This document shows positions 45,162 through 55,048 of a DNA stretch of 64,000 bases, piece after piece. The DNA is from an uncultured archaeon (lineage in GTDB: Archaea > Thermoproteota > Nitrososphaeria > Nitrososphaerales > Gagatemarchaeaceae). The notes beneath the pieces were generated by a model, which was given only the letters and a program-made list of their open reading frames with translations, was not told the origin of the DNA and made no database searches. The translations under genes were made by a program, and so were the position numbers. Each line of letters begins with the position of its first letter. The stretch's first letter is position 1. The stretch spans positions 1,120,001 to 1,184,000 of the forward strand of contig CAWFOU010000007.1 in NCBI GenBank assembly GCA_963817525.1. The letters are read 5' to 3'.

Positions 45162-47192
45162 CTAGGGAGGCGGACCTACGTCGCCTTCGAGGACCACTTC
45201 GCTCGAGTTGATGCTTATCCCGAGATACGGCAGCGGTATCTGGAGGTTGATCACCGACGGCCCGATCACTCCTGTCACGCTTCCCAGGTTGCCCACGGGC
45301 AGCGCGAGGGGGTTGTTGATGGGGTTCGGGACGGACAGCGAGACGGGGTCCGGTATCGAGAAGATGGGAGGGCCGTTGGTCAGGAAGCTGTAGAGGGCGT
45401 TATCGAGGAGCGTGGTGAGCCCCAAGGCGTTCGAGTTGACGATGTCGTCCACGATCGTCTCGGCGAACTGGGTGGCGTCGGTGAGTATCGCGGTTATCGC
45501 CCCTCCGATCAGCGTCAAGGCCGCGTTCAGCAGGTCGGTGATCACCGACTGTAGCGGCTGGGGATAGCCGCTGAAGAGGCCGTCGAAGAAGTTCTCTATC
45601 CCGTTCGTGATCGCGCTGATGAGCGCCGGGGTGAGCTCGGCGGGCACCACGAATATGGGCAGCTGGGGGACCACGTAGAGCTCCCACTTGTTGGGGGTCC
45701 CCGCGGCGAGGTACAGGGCCGGCTCCAGGACGATGCTGGCCTGGCTCGCGATGCCGCTGAGGTCCACGGGGATGGTTATCGGGTTCTGGGGCCCGAAGAG
45801 GGTGAACCCGCCGATGTTCACGGCCGGGATTATCGTGACCCCGTCCACGACCAGCGCCGGGGTGTGGATGCCGGGGACCGAGATCTGCGGCAGGTTGATG
45901 TTGATCCAGAACTTTAGCGTGTCCCAGGTGACGGTCACGTCCTTGACGTAGATTGAGCCGTTGGGCTGCGCCGTCGTCGGGTTCTGCAGAGTCACCGTCC
46001 CGCCGGTCAGCGAGGCGGCGACCTGGTACTGGAACCACACGCCCGGGGACGCCGACTGGTTCCCGTAAGTCCCCTTGGGCTGGGTCCCTCCCGGCGAGGT
46101 GGGAGAGGGGACCTCCACCTCGATGCCTCCGGGCGTCAGCAGCGTCCCGAATATCTTGTTGATGATGCCCTGCGAGATCGCCAGAGTAAAGTCGAGAGGC
46201 CCCGTCGTCGGCCTGGACACCTGCGTCTTGGAGGCGGATCCCCCCTGCCCCGAGCCCGGCGTCCCTAGGCCGCCAGGCAGCCCCACGACCTCCGAGTTCA
46301 GCTGGATGTCGGCGTCGATGAAGAGCTTGAGCTGGTCGTCCTCGATTGCCGGATTGTTGGGGACTGAAGTCGAGGGCCACGCCTGAAGGAGGAACGACGT
46401 CGGGCCGCCCTGGAACATCCCCTGCATCGAAGCGGGCAGCAGCGCCAGCGGGTCTATCCCGTTCTTCACGTCCAGCAAAAGCAGGTTCACGGTATTGCTC
46501 AGCGAGGAGAGGACATTGTTCGCAAAGTACTGGAGGTAGCAGTCGATGAGGTGCCGCAGGCCGTCAGGCTTGATGCCCGCGAGGTCGACCCCATCGAGAT
46601 GCGCGTTGAGGAACCTCGTAGAGTGCGGGTTCCTGAGCGCGCCCTCCACGTAGAGGTTCAGGGAGAAGCAGTCCAGGCTCACGCTTGGGCCGCTCGCCTC
46701 GCCCTTCGGGCTCCTCTTCTCGGTCGGGCAGGAGGCGCCGAGGTAGGCTTGCGCGTGGAAGAGAAAGTGCTGGTGCTTCAGCGGCGAGGGGACGGACGAA
46801 GACGGGATGGGTATCGTGTTTCCCGGGTAGAAGTCGACCTGGAGCTGCGACAGCTGGACGAGGTAGTTGAGGGAGGGTATCGGGAGGTAAAGGTTGAACG
46901 GGACCGTCTGCGACTTCCCCCTGCTAGTCGGGAAGAGGGGAGCCGGAAGGGTGATCGTGCTCTGGTCCACAATCGGAGGGATGTAGGGGAGAGATAACGT
47001 AGAGACGAGCGGGTCATCGGAGTCTATCGGGGCAGCGTCGATTCCGTTGCACGCGAGCTGGGGGTTGCTCGCGACCGAAGGCGAGCCGATGTTGAAGAAC
47101 GAAGGAAGCTCCAGCATCACCTGGCTGACCAGGTCGTTGATTCCCTTTTCGTGGACCGCAACGTAGATGTCGCAATTGGCCGTATACACCAT
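45162..47192 (-). CDS. large hypothetical protein with two related domains (possible TULIP/BPI-like)
   Basis: 676-aa ORF; CDIYVAVHEKGINDLV and LDFTLAISQGIINKIF start two halves separated by a Gly/Ser linker. Confidence 0.7.
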   Translation of the reverse strand: MVYTANCDIYVAVHEKGINDLVSQVMLELPSFFNIGSPSVASNPQLACNGIDAAPIDSDDPLVSTLSLPYIPPIVDQSTITLPAPLFPTSRGKSQTVPFNLYLPIPSLNYLVQLSQLQVDFYPGNTIPIPSSSVPSPLKHQHFLFHAQAYLGASCPTEKRSPKGEASGPSVSLDCFSLNLYVEGALRNPHSTRFLNAHLDGVDLAGIKPDGLRHLIDCYLQYFANNVLSSLSNTVNLLLLDVKNGIDPLALLPASMQGMFQGGPTSFLLQAWPSTSVPNNPAIEDDQLKLFIDADIQLNSEVVGLPGGLGTPGSGQGGSASKTQVSRPTTGPLDFTLAISQGIINKIFGTLLTPGGIEVEVPSPTSPGGTQPKGTYGNQSASPGVWFQYQVAASLTGGTVTLQNPTTAQPNGSIYVKDVTVTWDTLKFWININLPQISVPGIHTPALVVDGVTIIPAVNIGGFTLFGPQNPITIPVDLSGIASQASIVLEPALYLAAGTPNKWELYVVPQLPIFVVPAELTPALISAITNGIENFFDGLFSGYPQPLQSVITDLLNAALTLIGGAITAILTDATQFAETIVDDIVNSNALGLTTLLDNALYSFLTNGPPIFSIPDPVSLSVPNPINNPLALPVGNLGSVTGVIGPSVINLQIPLPYLGISINSSEVVLEGDVGPPP

Positions 47193-47294
47193 AAATCCAT
47201 CACACTCGGCGTTGATTATTTATGCATGTTCTAAATTCCAGAGGCCTCGGAAGGAGTGGTCAGCTAATATACTCAATCGGGGCCTCGACGACGC

Positions 47295-47681
47295 ATGCTT
47301 GACTCGCTCAAGCAGATCTTCCTGATGACGTGGCTCTGGAGCATCTTCGCGGGCTTCTACCTGGTGGCCTACGCGTTCTGGGTCCCGAGGCTCTTCTCGA
47401 GCCTCCCCGTCATCGTTTTGGTGATCCTGGTGACCCTGGCGCTCGGAGGGACCGTACTCGCCGACGGGTTCTCGAGGGCGCTGCAGCTCCAGACCGGAGC
47501 CTCCCCGAAGGCATTGCCGTTCGTGCGCGCTAGGCAGTTGGTCGGGGGCCTGGTCCTCCTGGCCTATCTCTCGGTGTACCTGCCTCCCGGAGGAAGAATA
47601 GTCGCCCACTGGCCCCTGGACCTGGCCATAACGGTGCTTTCCGGCGTGATACTGGTCGTCTACGCAATCGCGAACAAATGA
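47295..47681 (+). CDS. four-TM membrane protein
   Basis: Hydrophobic helices, TATA-like TAATATA upstream. Confidence 0.7.
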   Translation: MLDSLKQIFLMTWLWSIFAGFYLVAYAFWVPRLFSSLPVIVLVILVTLALGGTVLADGFSRALQLQTGASPKALPFVRARQLVGGLVLLAYLSVYLPPGGRIVAHWPLDLAITVLSGVILVVYAIANK

Positions 47682-47792
47682 AGGACACTCGGCACTTCGC
47701 GGCTGGATCGAGGCATCGTCCAGACCTGTGATTTCTCGAAGCCGTCGCACGCCGACCTCTCCCCTAATTAGCCCGCTCGCCATCCCGTCGGC

Positions 47793-48992
47793 ATGGAAAG
47801 ACGGAGGGCTCTGTCCCTCGTCGCGGTCCTGCTCCCAGCCCTCCTCTACTCCTTCTACCGCTTCTCCATAGGGGCGCTCGTCCCCTCATTCGAGGCCACC
47901 TACTCGATCAGCGATGCGACCGCGGGAGGGGTGATCTCCGCCTCCGTGGGCCTGGTCGCCATCGGCGTGTTCGTGGGAGGCCTCCTGGCCCAGAGGCTCG
48001 GCGACGTCCGGACGATACTGCTAGGCCTTGCCATCTTCACGGCCTTCGAGGCCGCTGTCCTCGCAGCCCACAACCTCTGGGAGTTCTCCGTCGTGTTCTT
48101 CGTCGCCTCCTTCGGCGTCGGGATGGTGATAACACCGAGCTATGGGGTGATAGCCTCCCTCCTTCCTGGGAGGAGGGGCCTCGCCGTGAGCCTCCTGAGC
48201 GCCTCTTACAGCTCAGGCGGCTTCGTCGGCCCCTCGCTCGCCGGCATCCTGCTCGTCTACCGCGGTTGGGACGCTCCCTTCGCCGCCCTCGCCGTCATCG
48301 GCGCGGGCTTCGCGGTCTTCTTCGCCGCCGTCCTCGGGATGTCCGGGCGAACGGAGGAGGCGCGACCGCCGATATCTTACAGGAAGGCGCTCGCGAGCCG
48401 CATGGTGGTCGCGCTCGCGGTCGCCGACTTCTTCGCAGACCTGGGGTTTCTCGTCTTCGTCTCTTGGACACCCAAGTACCTGATAACCGCCTTCTCGGTC
48501 ACCGGAGGAGGGACGGCCACCGTCGACACGATCTTCGGCGTGGGGGTGGGCCTGGGCGGGGCCGGAGCGCTCGCGGCGGGCGTGCTCTTCGACAAGTTGG
48601 GCGGAAGGAGGAGCGCCCTCATCAGCGGGAGCCTCTCTGCGCTGTCGCTCCTGGGACTCTACCTCGCCTCGCCCCTCCCGCTGGCCCTTGCAGCGGCGCT
48701 CCTCGCTGGCTTCCTCTCCAACTCGTTCTGGCCTCTCATGACAGCGATGGCCCAGGTGAGCGTCCCCGAAGGGCAGGTCACCTCGGCGACCAGCCTCGTC
48801 CAGACCGCGGGGTTCATCGGCGCCTTCATCGGCCCCGGGCTCGCCGGGATAATCGGGGGGGCCGTGTCGTCGGCGCTCATCCTCGCCACCGTCGTGCCGT
48901 ACACCGTCTTCTTCCTGGTCATCCTGGCCCGCTATAGGAACCCGAGGCCCTTCGCGGCCAAAGAAGGCTCCGGGCCCGAGTCTCTGGTATAG
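47793..48992 (+). CDS. MFS transporter (12 TM)
   Basis: GLLAQRLG, GVLFDKLGGRR. Confidence 0.9.
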   Translation: MERRRALSLVAVLLPALLYSFYRFSIGALVPSFEATYSISDATAGGVISASVGLVAIGVFVGGLLAQRLGDVRTILLGLAIFTAFEAAVLAAHNLWEFSVVFFVASFGVGMVITPSYGVIASLLPGRRGLAVSLLSASYSSGGFVGPSLAGILLVYRGWDAPFAALAVIGAGFAVFFAAVLGMSGRTEEARPPISYRKALASRMVVALAVADFFADLGFLVFVSWTPKYLITAFSVTGGGTATVDTIFGVGVGLGGAGALAAGVLFDKLGGRRSALISGSLSALSLLGLYLASPLPLALAAALLAGFLSNSFWPLMTAMAQVSVPEGQVTSATSLVQTAGFIGAFIGPGLAGIIGGAVSSALILATVVPYTVFFLVILARYRNPRPFAAKEGSGPESLV

Positions 48993-49040
48993 ATTTCTTG
49001 TCCCTAACCACCTTTAAGCCGGACAGCCGCTTGTCTCGCA

Positions 49041-49229
49041 TTGATTCAGGACAAGATGGTCGAGCTCAAGCTCACCGTCGAGAGGGTGCAGACCGCAATC
49101 GCCCAGCGCGACCGCTCGGGCCTCCGCTTTGTCAGGATGGTCTCCTTCACCGTGACCGAGACCATAACGACAGACCGCATGCTCGTCACCGACGAGGCGG
49201 TGCGGTGCCTCAACCCTCCTACGTCATAG
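49041..49229 (+). CDS. small hypothetical protein
   Basis: TTG about 23 nt after TTTAAG; GC3-rich codons. Confidence 0.5.
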   Translation: MIQDKMVELKLTVERVQTAIAQRDRSGLRFVRMVSFTVTETITTDRMLVTDEAVRCLNPPTS

Positions 49230-49289
49230 GGATGCGCTAATAGGGCGGGAAGGCGACCCGACCGCGCACATGGAGCGCGAGCCAACGCC

Positions 49290-50003
49290 TTGAACGGTCG
49301 CGTGTACGTCGGCGTCTCCGGCTTCAGCTACCCGCGCTGGAGGGGGAAGTTCTATCCCAAGGAGGCGAAGAGCGAGGAGCTCCTTGCCCAGTATGCCCGC
49401 CGCCTCGGCACGGTGGAGATCAACAGCTCCTTCTACGCGGCTCCCAAGCCAGCCGCGGTCGAGGCCTGGGCCGGCAGGACGGGCGAGGAGTTCAGGTTCG
49501 CGTTCAAGGCTCCCCAGCTCATCACCCACATCCTGAAGCTCGGCGGGGGAGCCCCGGACGCCGCCGTCACGCTCGCCTCGACGCTTGAGCTCCTAGGCCC
49601 GAGGCTCGGCCCCGTCCTCTTCCAGCTCCCCCCTTACATGAAACAGGACCTGAAGCTCCTCGACGCGTTCCTCTCCAAGACCCCGGGCGTCAAGCAGAGG
49701 GTCTTCGAGTTCAGGCACAAGTCTTGGCTAGACGCCGCCACCTACAGGATGCTGGAGAAGCACGAGACAGGGTTCTGCATCGCGGAGACAGAGGAGATGG
49801 CCGCCACCTTCCAGGTCACCGGAGGCCTGGCGTATTTCAGGCTCCGGCTAGACTCGTACGACGCGAGGGCCGTGGACAGGTGGGCGGGGAGCATAGCCGA
49901 CATCACAAAGGGGCTCGCGGACAGCTACGTCTACCTCAGGCACGACGAGACGGGTGAGAACGCCCTGCTCGCCGTGCGGCTCGCCGAGAAGCTGCGCCGC
50001 TGA
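49290..50003 (+). CDS. DUF72 family protein
   Basis: GVSGFSY..W..FYP, VEINSSFY, FKAPQLITH, LFQLPP, EFRHKSW. Confidence 0.95.
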   Translation: MNGRVYVGVSGFSYPRWRGKFYPKEAKSEELLAQYARRLGTVEINSSFYAAPKPAAVEAWAGRTGEEFRFAFKAPQLITHILKLGGGAPDAAVTLASTLELLGPRLGPVLFQLPPYMKQDLKLLDAFLSKTPGVKQRVFEFRHKSWLDAATYRMLEKHETGFCIAETEEMAATFQVTGGLAYFRLRLDSYDARAVDRWAGSIADITKGLADSYVYLRHDETGENALLAVRLAEKLRR

Positions 50004-50017
50004 AACGGATCGCCCGC

Positions 50018-50671
50018 TCACTCCAGCATGTCGCGGAGGCCCCCGAGGGTCTTACGCACCAGCGCCTCCCTCATGTCCAACGACTCTGAGATGTCCCCCA
50101 CGTCCTCCGTGTGCTCCTCGAGGACCTTGTAGATCACGCGCCTCTTGTCTCCGTCCTCCAGCGCCTCGATCGCCTGGGATGCCGTGTCCATGGCCATGTT
50201 CCTTGCGTAGAGTAGCGCCGCCCTCTCCTTGTCGATCTCGCCCAGCTTCTGGTCGAGGCTCTTGAGCACCTTCGCAAGGGAGGCGAACGCCCGCTTGTCG
50301 CTCTCGGAGATCTTCGAGACCACTGCGATGAAGGAGCTGGCCTCCTCCGAGATGACCTTCCCGTTCACCGTGCCGAAGGCGAATCCGCGCTGGACGAAGA
50401 GGTTGGGGGCCATGTCGAGGGTTATCGACACGCTCTTCGCGAGGGAGTAGTTCCTCCTCTTTGGCGCGCGCGGGCTGCTCTCCATCGCGGAGGTCACCAC
50501 GCCCGCCTTCTCCATCATGGCAAGGTGCTTCGCCACGAGGGGCTGGCCCAACCCGAGCTCCTTGGCGAGCTGGAGGGGGTAGCTCGGCCCGTGGCTCAAC
50601 CTCTTGACGATCCTCCTCCTTATCGGGTTCTCGAGGACCTGCAGCAGCGAGTCCAGCTCATCTTCCTCCAA
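50018..50671 (-). CDS. ArsR-like HTH regulator with coiled coil (archaeal Phr/HSR1-like architecture)
   Basis: LENPIRRRIVKRL, P.QLAKELG..QPLVAKHL, RRNYSL; second HTH-like C-terminus. Confidence 0.85.
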   Translation of the reverse strand: MEEDELDSLLQVLENPIRRRIVKRLSHGPSYPLQLAKELGLGQPLVAKHLAMMEKAGVVTSAMESSPRAPKRRNYSLAKSVSITLDMAPNLFVQRGFAFGTVNGKVISEEASSFIAVVSKISESDKRAFASLAKVLKSLDQKLGEIDKERAALLYARNMAMDTASQAIEALEDGDKRRVIYKVLEEHTEDVGDISESLDMREALVRKTLGGLRDMLE

Positions 50672-50686
50672 GCTCTATCACATCGA

Positions 50687-50709
50687 CTATACTCCACTAT
50701 GTAGTATAG
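50687..50709. promoter_or_regulatory. candidate operator between TATA box and start of the ArsR-like gene
   Basis: CTATACT-N9-AGTATAG; minus-strand TTTATA at 50718-50713. Confidence 0.55.
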
Positions 50710-50754
50710 CAATATAAACCTGGCGGCCTCGTCTCCCCGTGGGCCGCCGGGGCC

Positions 50755-50916
50755 TCAGAGCAGAGAGAGCGCGTAGAGGATGAAGAAGACCACGGCAGAG
50801 CCTATCAGGAGGAATATGACGAAAACGGCCGCCACCTTCGTCCAGTTTATCCCGCGGCGCTCCTCCTCGGGAGCGTAGTCATCCTCTCGTTCGCGGCTGC
50901 TCTCGCTGACGGACAA
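50755..50916 (-). CDS. small tail-anchored membrane protein
   Basis: Acidic N-terminus then one TM helix. Confidence 0.55.
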   Translation of the reverse strand: MSVSESSREREDDYAPEEERRGINWTKVAAVFVIFLLIGSAVVFFILYALSLL

Positions 50917-51078
50917 GCGCACCCCGCGTCGCGGCACGGGGCGTATACATGTTTCCATCCCCCAAAGGCTCTCACTCGGATTGAGGACAGGGGACTCTAC
51001 TCTGCGCGAGGCAGTTGCGATATTGGACGCCCGATGCGTTTATTATCCTTCGCAGGGCCGCCCGAGACTCGGCAGCCG

Positions 51079-52686
51079 TTGTCCGCCCCGCCTGACTCCC
51101 CCGACTCCAACTCTGGCCCCGCGGTCCCCCCCAAGGTCAAGTTCGAGCTCCTGATCATCGTCGGGATACTACTCGCGCTCCTCATGGGCGCGCTGGACAA
51201 CTTCGTCGCCCTCACCGCGCTCCCCACCATCCTGGAGCAGTTCCACACGCCCAACAGCGGCACTTTTGTGATCAGCGCCTACGTCATCACCTCCACGGCC
51301 GGCATCCCGCTATTCGCGAAGCTCTCCGACCTCTGGAGCAGGCGCAACGTCTTCCTCGGAGCCCTCATAGTCTTCATGGTCGGCTCGGTCTTCTCCGGCC
51401 TCAGCCAGAACCTCACCGAGCTCATAGTCTTCCGCGCCGTCCAAGGGCTCGGGAGCGGCGGCTTCTTCCCCGTCGGCATCGCGATCGCTGCCGTCGTCTT
51501 CCCTCCCAAGACCCGCGCGAGGGTCGTGGGGGCGCTCTCGGGCGTCTTCGGCATCGCCGTCGTCGCCGGGCCCCTCATAGGGAGCGCAATCGTGCAGTAC
51601 ACCTCGTGGCGCTGGTGCTTCTACGTGAACATCCCCGTGGGCATCGCAGGGTTCGCGATCGTCCTCGCGACCCTCGGGCCGCTCCGCCCGGCGGTCACGC
51701 GGAAGTTCGACCTCCCGGGTGCGGCGCTCCTCGTGGGCTGGGTCGCCGCGGTGATGTTCCCGCTCTACCAGATAGCGGACAGCGGATGGGGTTGGACACA
51801 GCTCAGGACTGACTCGCTGCTCGGACTGGGTGGCCTCCTCGTCGTCGCCTTCGTGGTCTGGGAACTCCGAGCGGAGAACCCCCTGGTCCCGATCAAGCTG
51901 TTCAAGCACCGCGTGATCGCGGCGGGCGGGGGGGCCACGTTCTTCATCGGGACGGTCTTCTTCCCACTCGCGACCTTCCTCTCGCTTGTGGTCGGCCTCG
52001 TCCTTACGCCCCCCGGCTCGAACTCCTCGGCGACCGTCAGGGACATCCTCTACTTCCTCGTCCTCCCCCTCGTCGTCGGCGCCGCGCTGGGCGGAAACCT
52101 CCTGACGAGGCTCCCGTATCGCGTGGTCGCGGGCTTCGGGATTGTCGTCGGGATAGTGGGGATGGCGGTCCTCACCGGGCTGACCGCCTCGACGCCGCTT
52201 TGGAAGTTCGCGTTCGGCTTCGTCCCGGTCGGCGGCGTCGTGCTCCCGCTCATCCCCCTTGGCTTCGGGGTGGGCCTGACCTTCCCCGTATACCTCCTCG
52301 CCGCCCAGAACCAAGTCAAGATGGAGGACGTCGGCGAGGCGGGGGGCCTGATACAGTTCCTCCAGTCGCTCGGGGGCGCCGTCGGGCTCTCGGTCCTGGG
52401 CTCATTCCAGGCGACCAGGCTCGCCGCCCTGGACCCCCCGCCCAGCGCCGCATGCTCCTCACCCACCCCGCCGTTGCCCGCGTGTGCCAGCTACCTCGGC
52501 TCGCTCGACCCGGCGCTGATAAAGTCGTACGACCAGACCTACACGGTCATGCTCGGCCTGCTCGTCGTCGCCTTCGTCTTTGCTCTCTTCCTGAAGGGGC
52601 GCCTGCAGAGGCAGCCGGCCCAGCGCGCCTCCGCCGAGGGAGAGGGCGCGCCCGCAGAGGCTCCCGCCATCCCCGCTTCCCTGTAG
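51079..52686 (+). CDS. MFS transporter (DHA2/EmrB-like)
   Basis: LD..V.TALPTI, KLSDLWSRR, RAVQGLG, WRWCFYVNIP. Confidence 0.93.
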   Translation: MSAPPDSPDSNSGPAVPPKVKFELLIIVGILLALLMGALDNFVALTALPTILEQFHTPNSGTFVISAYVITSTAGIPLFAKLSDLWSRRNVFLGALIVFMVGSVFSGLSQNLTELIVFRAVQGLGSGGFFPVGIAIAAVVFPPKTRARVVGALSGVFGIAVVAGPLIGSAIVQYTSWRWCFYVNIPVGIAGFAIVLATLGPLRPAVTRKFDLPGAALLVGWVAAVMFPLYQIADSGWGWTQLRTDSLLGLGGLLVVAFVVWELRAENPLVPIKLFKHRVIAAGGGATFFIGTVFFPLATFLSLVVGLVLTPPGSNSSATVRDILYFLVLPLVVGAALGGNLLTRLPYRVVAGFGIVVGIVGMAVLTGLTASTPLWKFAFGFVPVGGVVLPLIPLGFGVGLTFPVYLLAAQNQVKMEDVGEAGGLIQFLQSLGGAVGLSVLGSFQATRLAALDPPPSAACSSPTPPLPACASYLGSLDPALIKSYDQTYTVMLGLLVVAFVFALFLKGRLQRQPAQRASAEGEGAPAEAPAIPASL

Positions 52687-52770
52687 AGGCCGGCGGCTCT
52701 CCGCTGGGGACAAGTATTACAAATCCACACGGGCTTAATACCTCGGAACGGCCTTCGGCCTGACAGATTC

Positions 52771-53415
52771 TTGCTCTACAGCAGGAAGAGGCGGGGCACG
52801 GCCGCGGGTCTTGCCGCGATATTGATGCTCATCACGATAGTGGCGACCGTGGCCAGCGGGGCCGTGATCTTCTACAGCCGGGGCGGCACCCTCGCGGCGA
52901 TAGGCCTAGGCTCCCCCTCGACGAGCGGGACCAGCGTCGGGACCTCCGGCGGGCTGACTGCCGGACTCTCCAACTCCACCGTTTCGAGCTTCAGCTCCGC
53001 GTTCGCAGGGATCTCCGGCCTCATCTTCAACTCCTCGGCGACGACGGAGAACGCGACGCTCCCGATAGGGGGGCGGGTCGCGGTGTCTGGCTCGTCCCTG
53101 CCCGCGGCGGACTTCACGGCCGCCGGGACGACCATGACCTTCACGTGCTCCTCGTCCCCATCCCCGGCATACCTGGCCCTGACCGACACCGACACGGGCA
53201 GCGTCGCCGTGACCTCGATATCCCTCGCGTCGGCAGGAAACGACACCACGCTGACCCCGTCCGGCCCGTGCAGCGTCTCCGCCTCGCAGACCACTTACAT
53301 CGTGTTCCCGGCCACCACTCTGCTCGCCCCAAGCCCGCTACAGGGCTCGTACTACGCTGGCGTCGTGGGCTTCTCGGACGAAAGCGCGGTGCCCTTCGAA
53401 GGCGTCTGGCAGTAA
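52771..53415 (+). CDS. archaeal type IV pilin-like protein
   Basis: RKRRG followed by hydrophobic helix (class III signal-like); paralogue of 55729-56319. Confidence 0.65.
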   Translation: MLYSRKRRGTAAGLAAILMLITIVATVASGAVIFYSRGGTLAAIGLGSPSTSGTSVGTSGGLTAGLSNSTVSSFSSAFAGISGLIFNSSATTENATLPIGGRVAVSGSSLPAADFTAAGTTMTFTCSSSPSPAYLALTDTDTGSVAVTSISLASAGNDTTLTPSGPCSVSASQTTYIVFPATTLLAPSPLQGSYYAGVVGFSDESAVPFEGVWQ

Positions 53416-53464
53416 GCACTAGCGGCGAGCATCATTCATAGCAGGAGACGCCCCGAGGCCTGTC

Positions 53465-54160
53465 ATGGGGAGCGACTCGCGGAGCCCAGGGGAGACGGTC
53501 CCCGCGCCCGTCGTTTGGTTCCTGGCATTCTTCGCCGTGCTGGTCACCGCCCTGGTCTCCGTCCGCGTCCAGGATGCCGTCCCTAGGGGCTCCGGGCCTC
53601 AGTATCTTCTCTTCCCCTACGACGGCGAGATAGTGGCCATCGGGCTGATAGGAGGCATCCTCCCGCTCCTCGCCTCGGCTGCGAGCATCGCGGCCTCCAC
53701 CGAGCGCCGCAGTGACGGGACGCGCCCCCTCCCGTTCATGAGCCGCGCCTACTGGGCGGCCGTCCTCGCGATCGCGCTCCTCGTCACCACCCTCTTCACC
53801 GCCTCCCAGGCGCTGGAGGGGGGTCTCGGCCTCTCACAGCTTTGGGCATTCCTCCTTCTCTTGGCCGGCGGGGTGGCCGGGGTGGACTACTGGTGGCTGA
53901 GGGGACGGGGCATGGGCCTTGCGTGGGGCACGGCCGAGTGTTATGTCCTGGGCACTCTGGCCGCCTTCGGAAGCGACCTCATCAGGACGCTGGGGGGCCT
54001 GGCGCGCGCCCCAGGCGAGGCCCTGGTGTGGGGCGGAGGGGGGCTCTTCGACATCCTGTTCTGGTTCGGGATCTACGTCTCCCTCTCCTTCGTGCTCCTG
54101 AGCGCGCTTGTGGCTGTGGCGACCCGGGCCTATCCCACGATGGCCCGCGCCCAGGCGTAG
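53465..54160 (+). CDS. membrane protein, DUF1614-like
   Basis: GGILPLL, GTLAAFGSDL, GGGGLFDILF. Confidence 0.65.
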   Translation: MGSDSRSPGETVPAPVVWFLAFFAVLVTALVSVRVQDAVPRGSGPQYLLFPYDGEIVAIGLIGGILPLLASAASIAASTERRSDGTRPLPFMSRAYWAAVLAIALLVTTLFTASQALEGGLGLSQLWAFLLLLAGGVAGVDYWWLRGRGMGLAWGTAECYVLGTLAAFGSDLIRTLGGLARAPGEALVWGGGGLFDILFWFGIYVSLSFVLLSALVAVATRAYPTMARAQA

Positions 54161-54246
54161 CGAGCGCTGCAATCGTAAGCTAAGCTTATCTATTTTGCAC
54201 GCAAACGTCATCCTCCTGCACACGGAGTGAGTGGATACCCCTGAGC

Positions 54247-54945
54247 GTGATTGCTTCCCCTTTCGGCGGCGAAGTGGTCTGGAATTTCGCCACGCTGGTC
54301 GAGGTCGCCGAGGGGCTTGCCGCCATCGGGCTCCTGCTCCTCCTATCCCGCGCCGCAAGGTCCCGGGGGCTCGGACCGCTCCTAGACTCCCCGCTCCTGA
54401 ACAAGAGCCTGAAGCCTCCCTTCTCTTACTTTTTCGCCTTCCTGGGGGCCTTGGGGGTGCTCTCGTTCCTCTCCCTCGGGCTGTGCGACATGAAGAGAGT
54501 ATGCGACGTCCTAGACGCCAGCGGCTGGGACATCGTGCAGTACCCGCTGGGAATCCTCGGACACTTCGACGGGAGCGCGTACGGGCCCGGGGGCGCGATA
54601 GGGTACGGGGCGCTCGCCCTGATCACGTGGGTGGGGACGGTCTTCCTACTCACCCTGGGCGCTGGGTTCGCGCGGGCGGTCAAGCTCTTCGCCGTGCCTT
54701 CCCTCCTCTTCCTGACCGTCGCTGTCCTCCTCTTCGACCCCGGGGACATGGGCACCCACGCGCTCAACCTCGTCTCGGGGGCCACCATCGACGGGGTTTC
54801 GCTCCTCAGCAACTGGTCGCTGCTCACCGTCTCCCTCTTCTTCACGGTCTATGCCCTCGCGCGCCACGTGCGCCGGGGCGGCCGGCCGGGCGCGGATGGG
54901 CGTCCCTCCCCGGCGACGGGATCCCGCGGTCGATTTCCAGGCTGA
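54247..54945 (+). CDS. membrane protein
   Basis: About five TM helices. Confidence 0.65.
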   Translation: MIASPFGGEVVWNFATLVEVAEGLAAIGLLLLLSRAARSRGLGPLLDSPLLNKSLKPPFSYFFAFLGALGVLSFLSLGLCDMKRVCDVLDASGWDIVQYPLGILGHFDGSAYGPGGAIGYGALALITWVGTVFLLTLGAGFARAVKLFAVPSLLFLTVAVLLFDPGDMGTHALNLVSGATIDGVSLLSNWSLLTVSLFFTVYALARHVRRGGRPGADGRPSPATGSRGRFPG

Positions 54946-55048
54946 AAGCGATCGTACTCGCCAACCCGGTGGAATCCAGAAGAATCGCTACGATAAACCA
55001 AAAATGGGCGCGTTTCCTAATTAAGGGGTCTCGCGCCCAAGACACCGA

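Noticed and set aside
32650-47220. Island as an integrated mobile element or provirus
   Set aside because: No integrase, transposase, att-like repeats, tRNA target or virion genes seen
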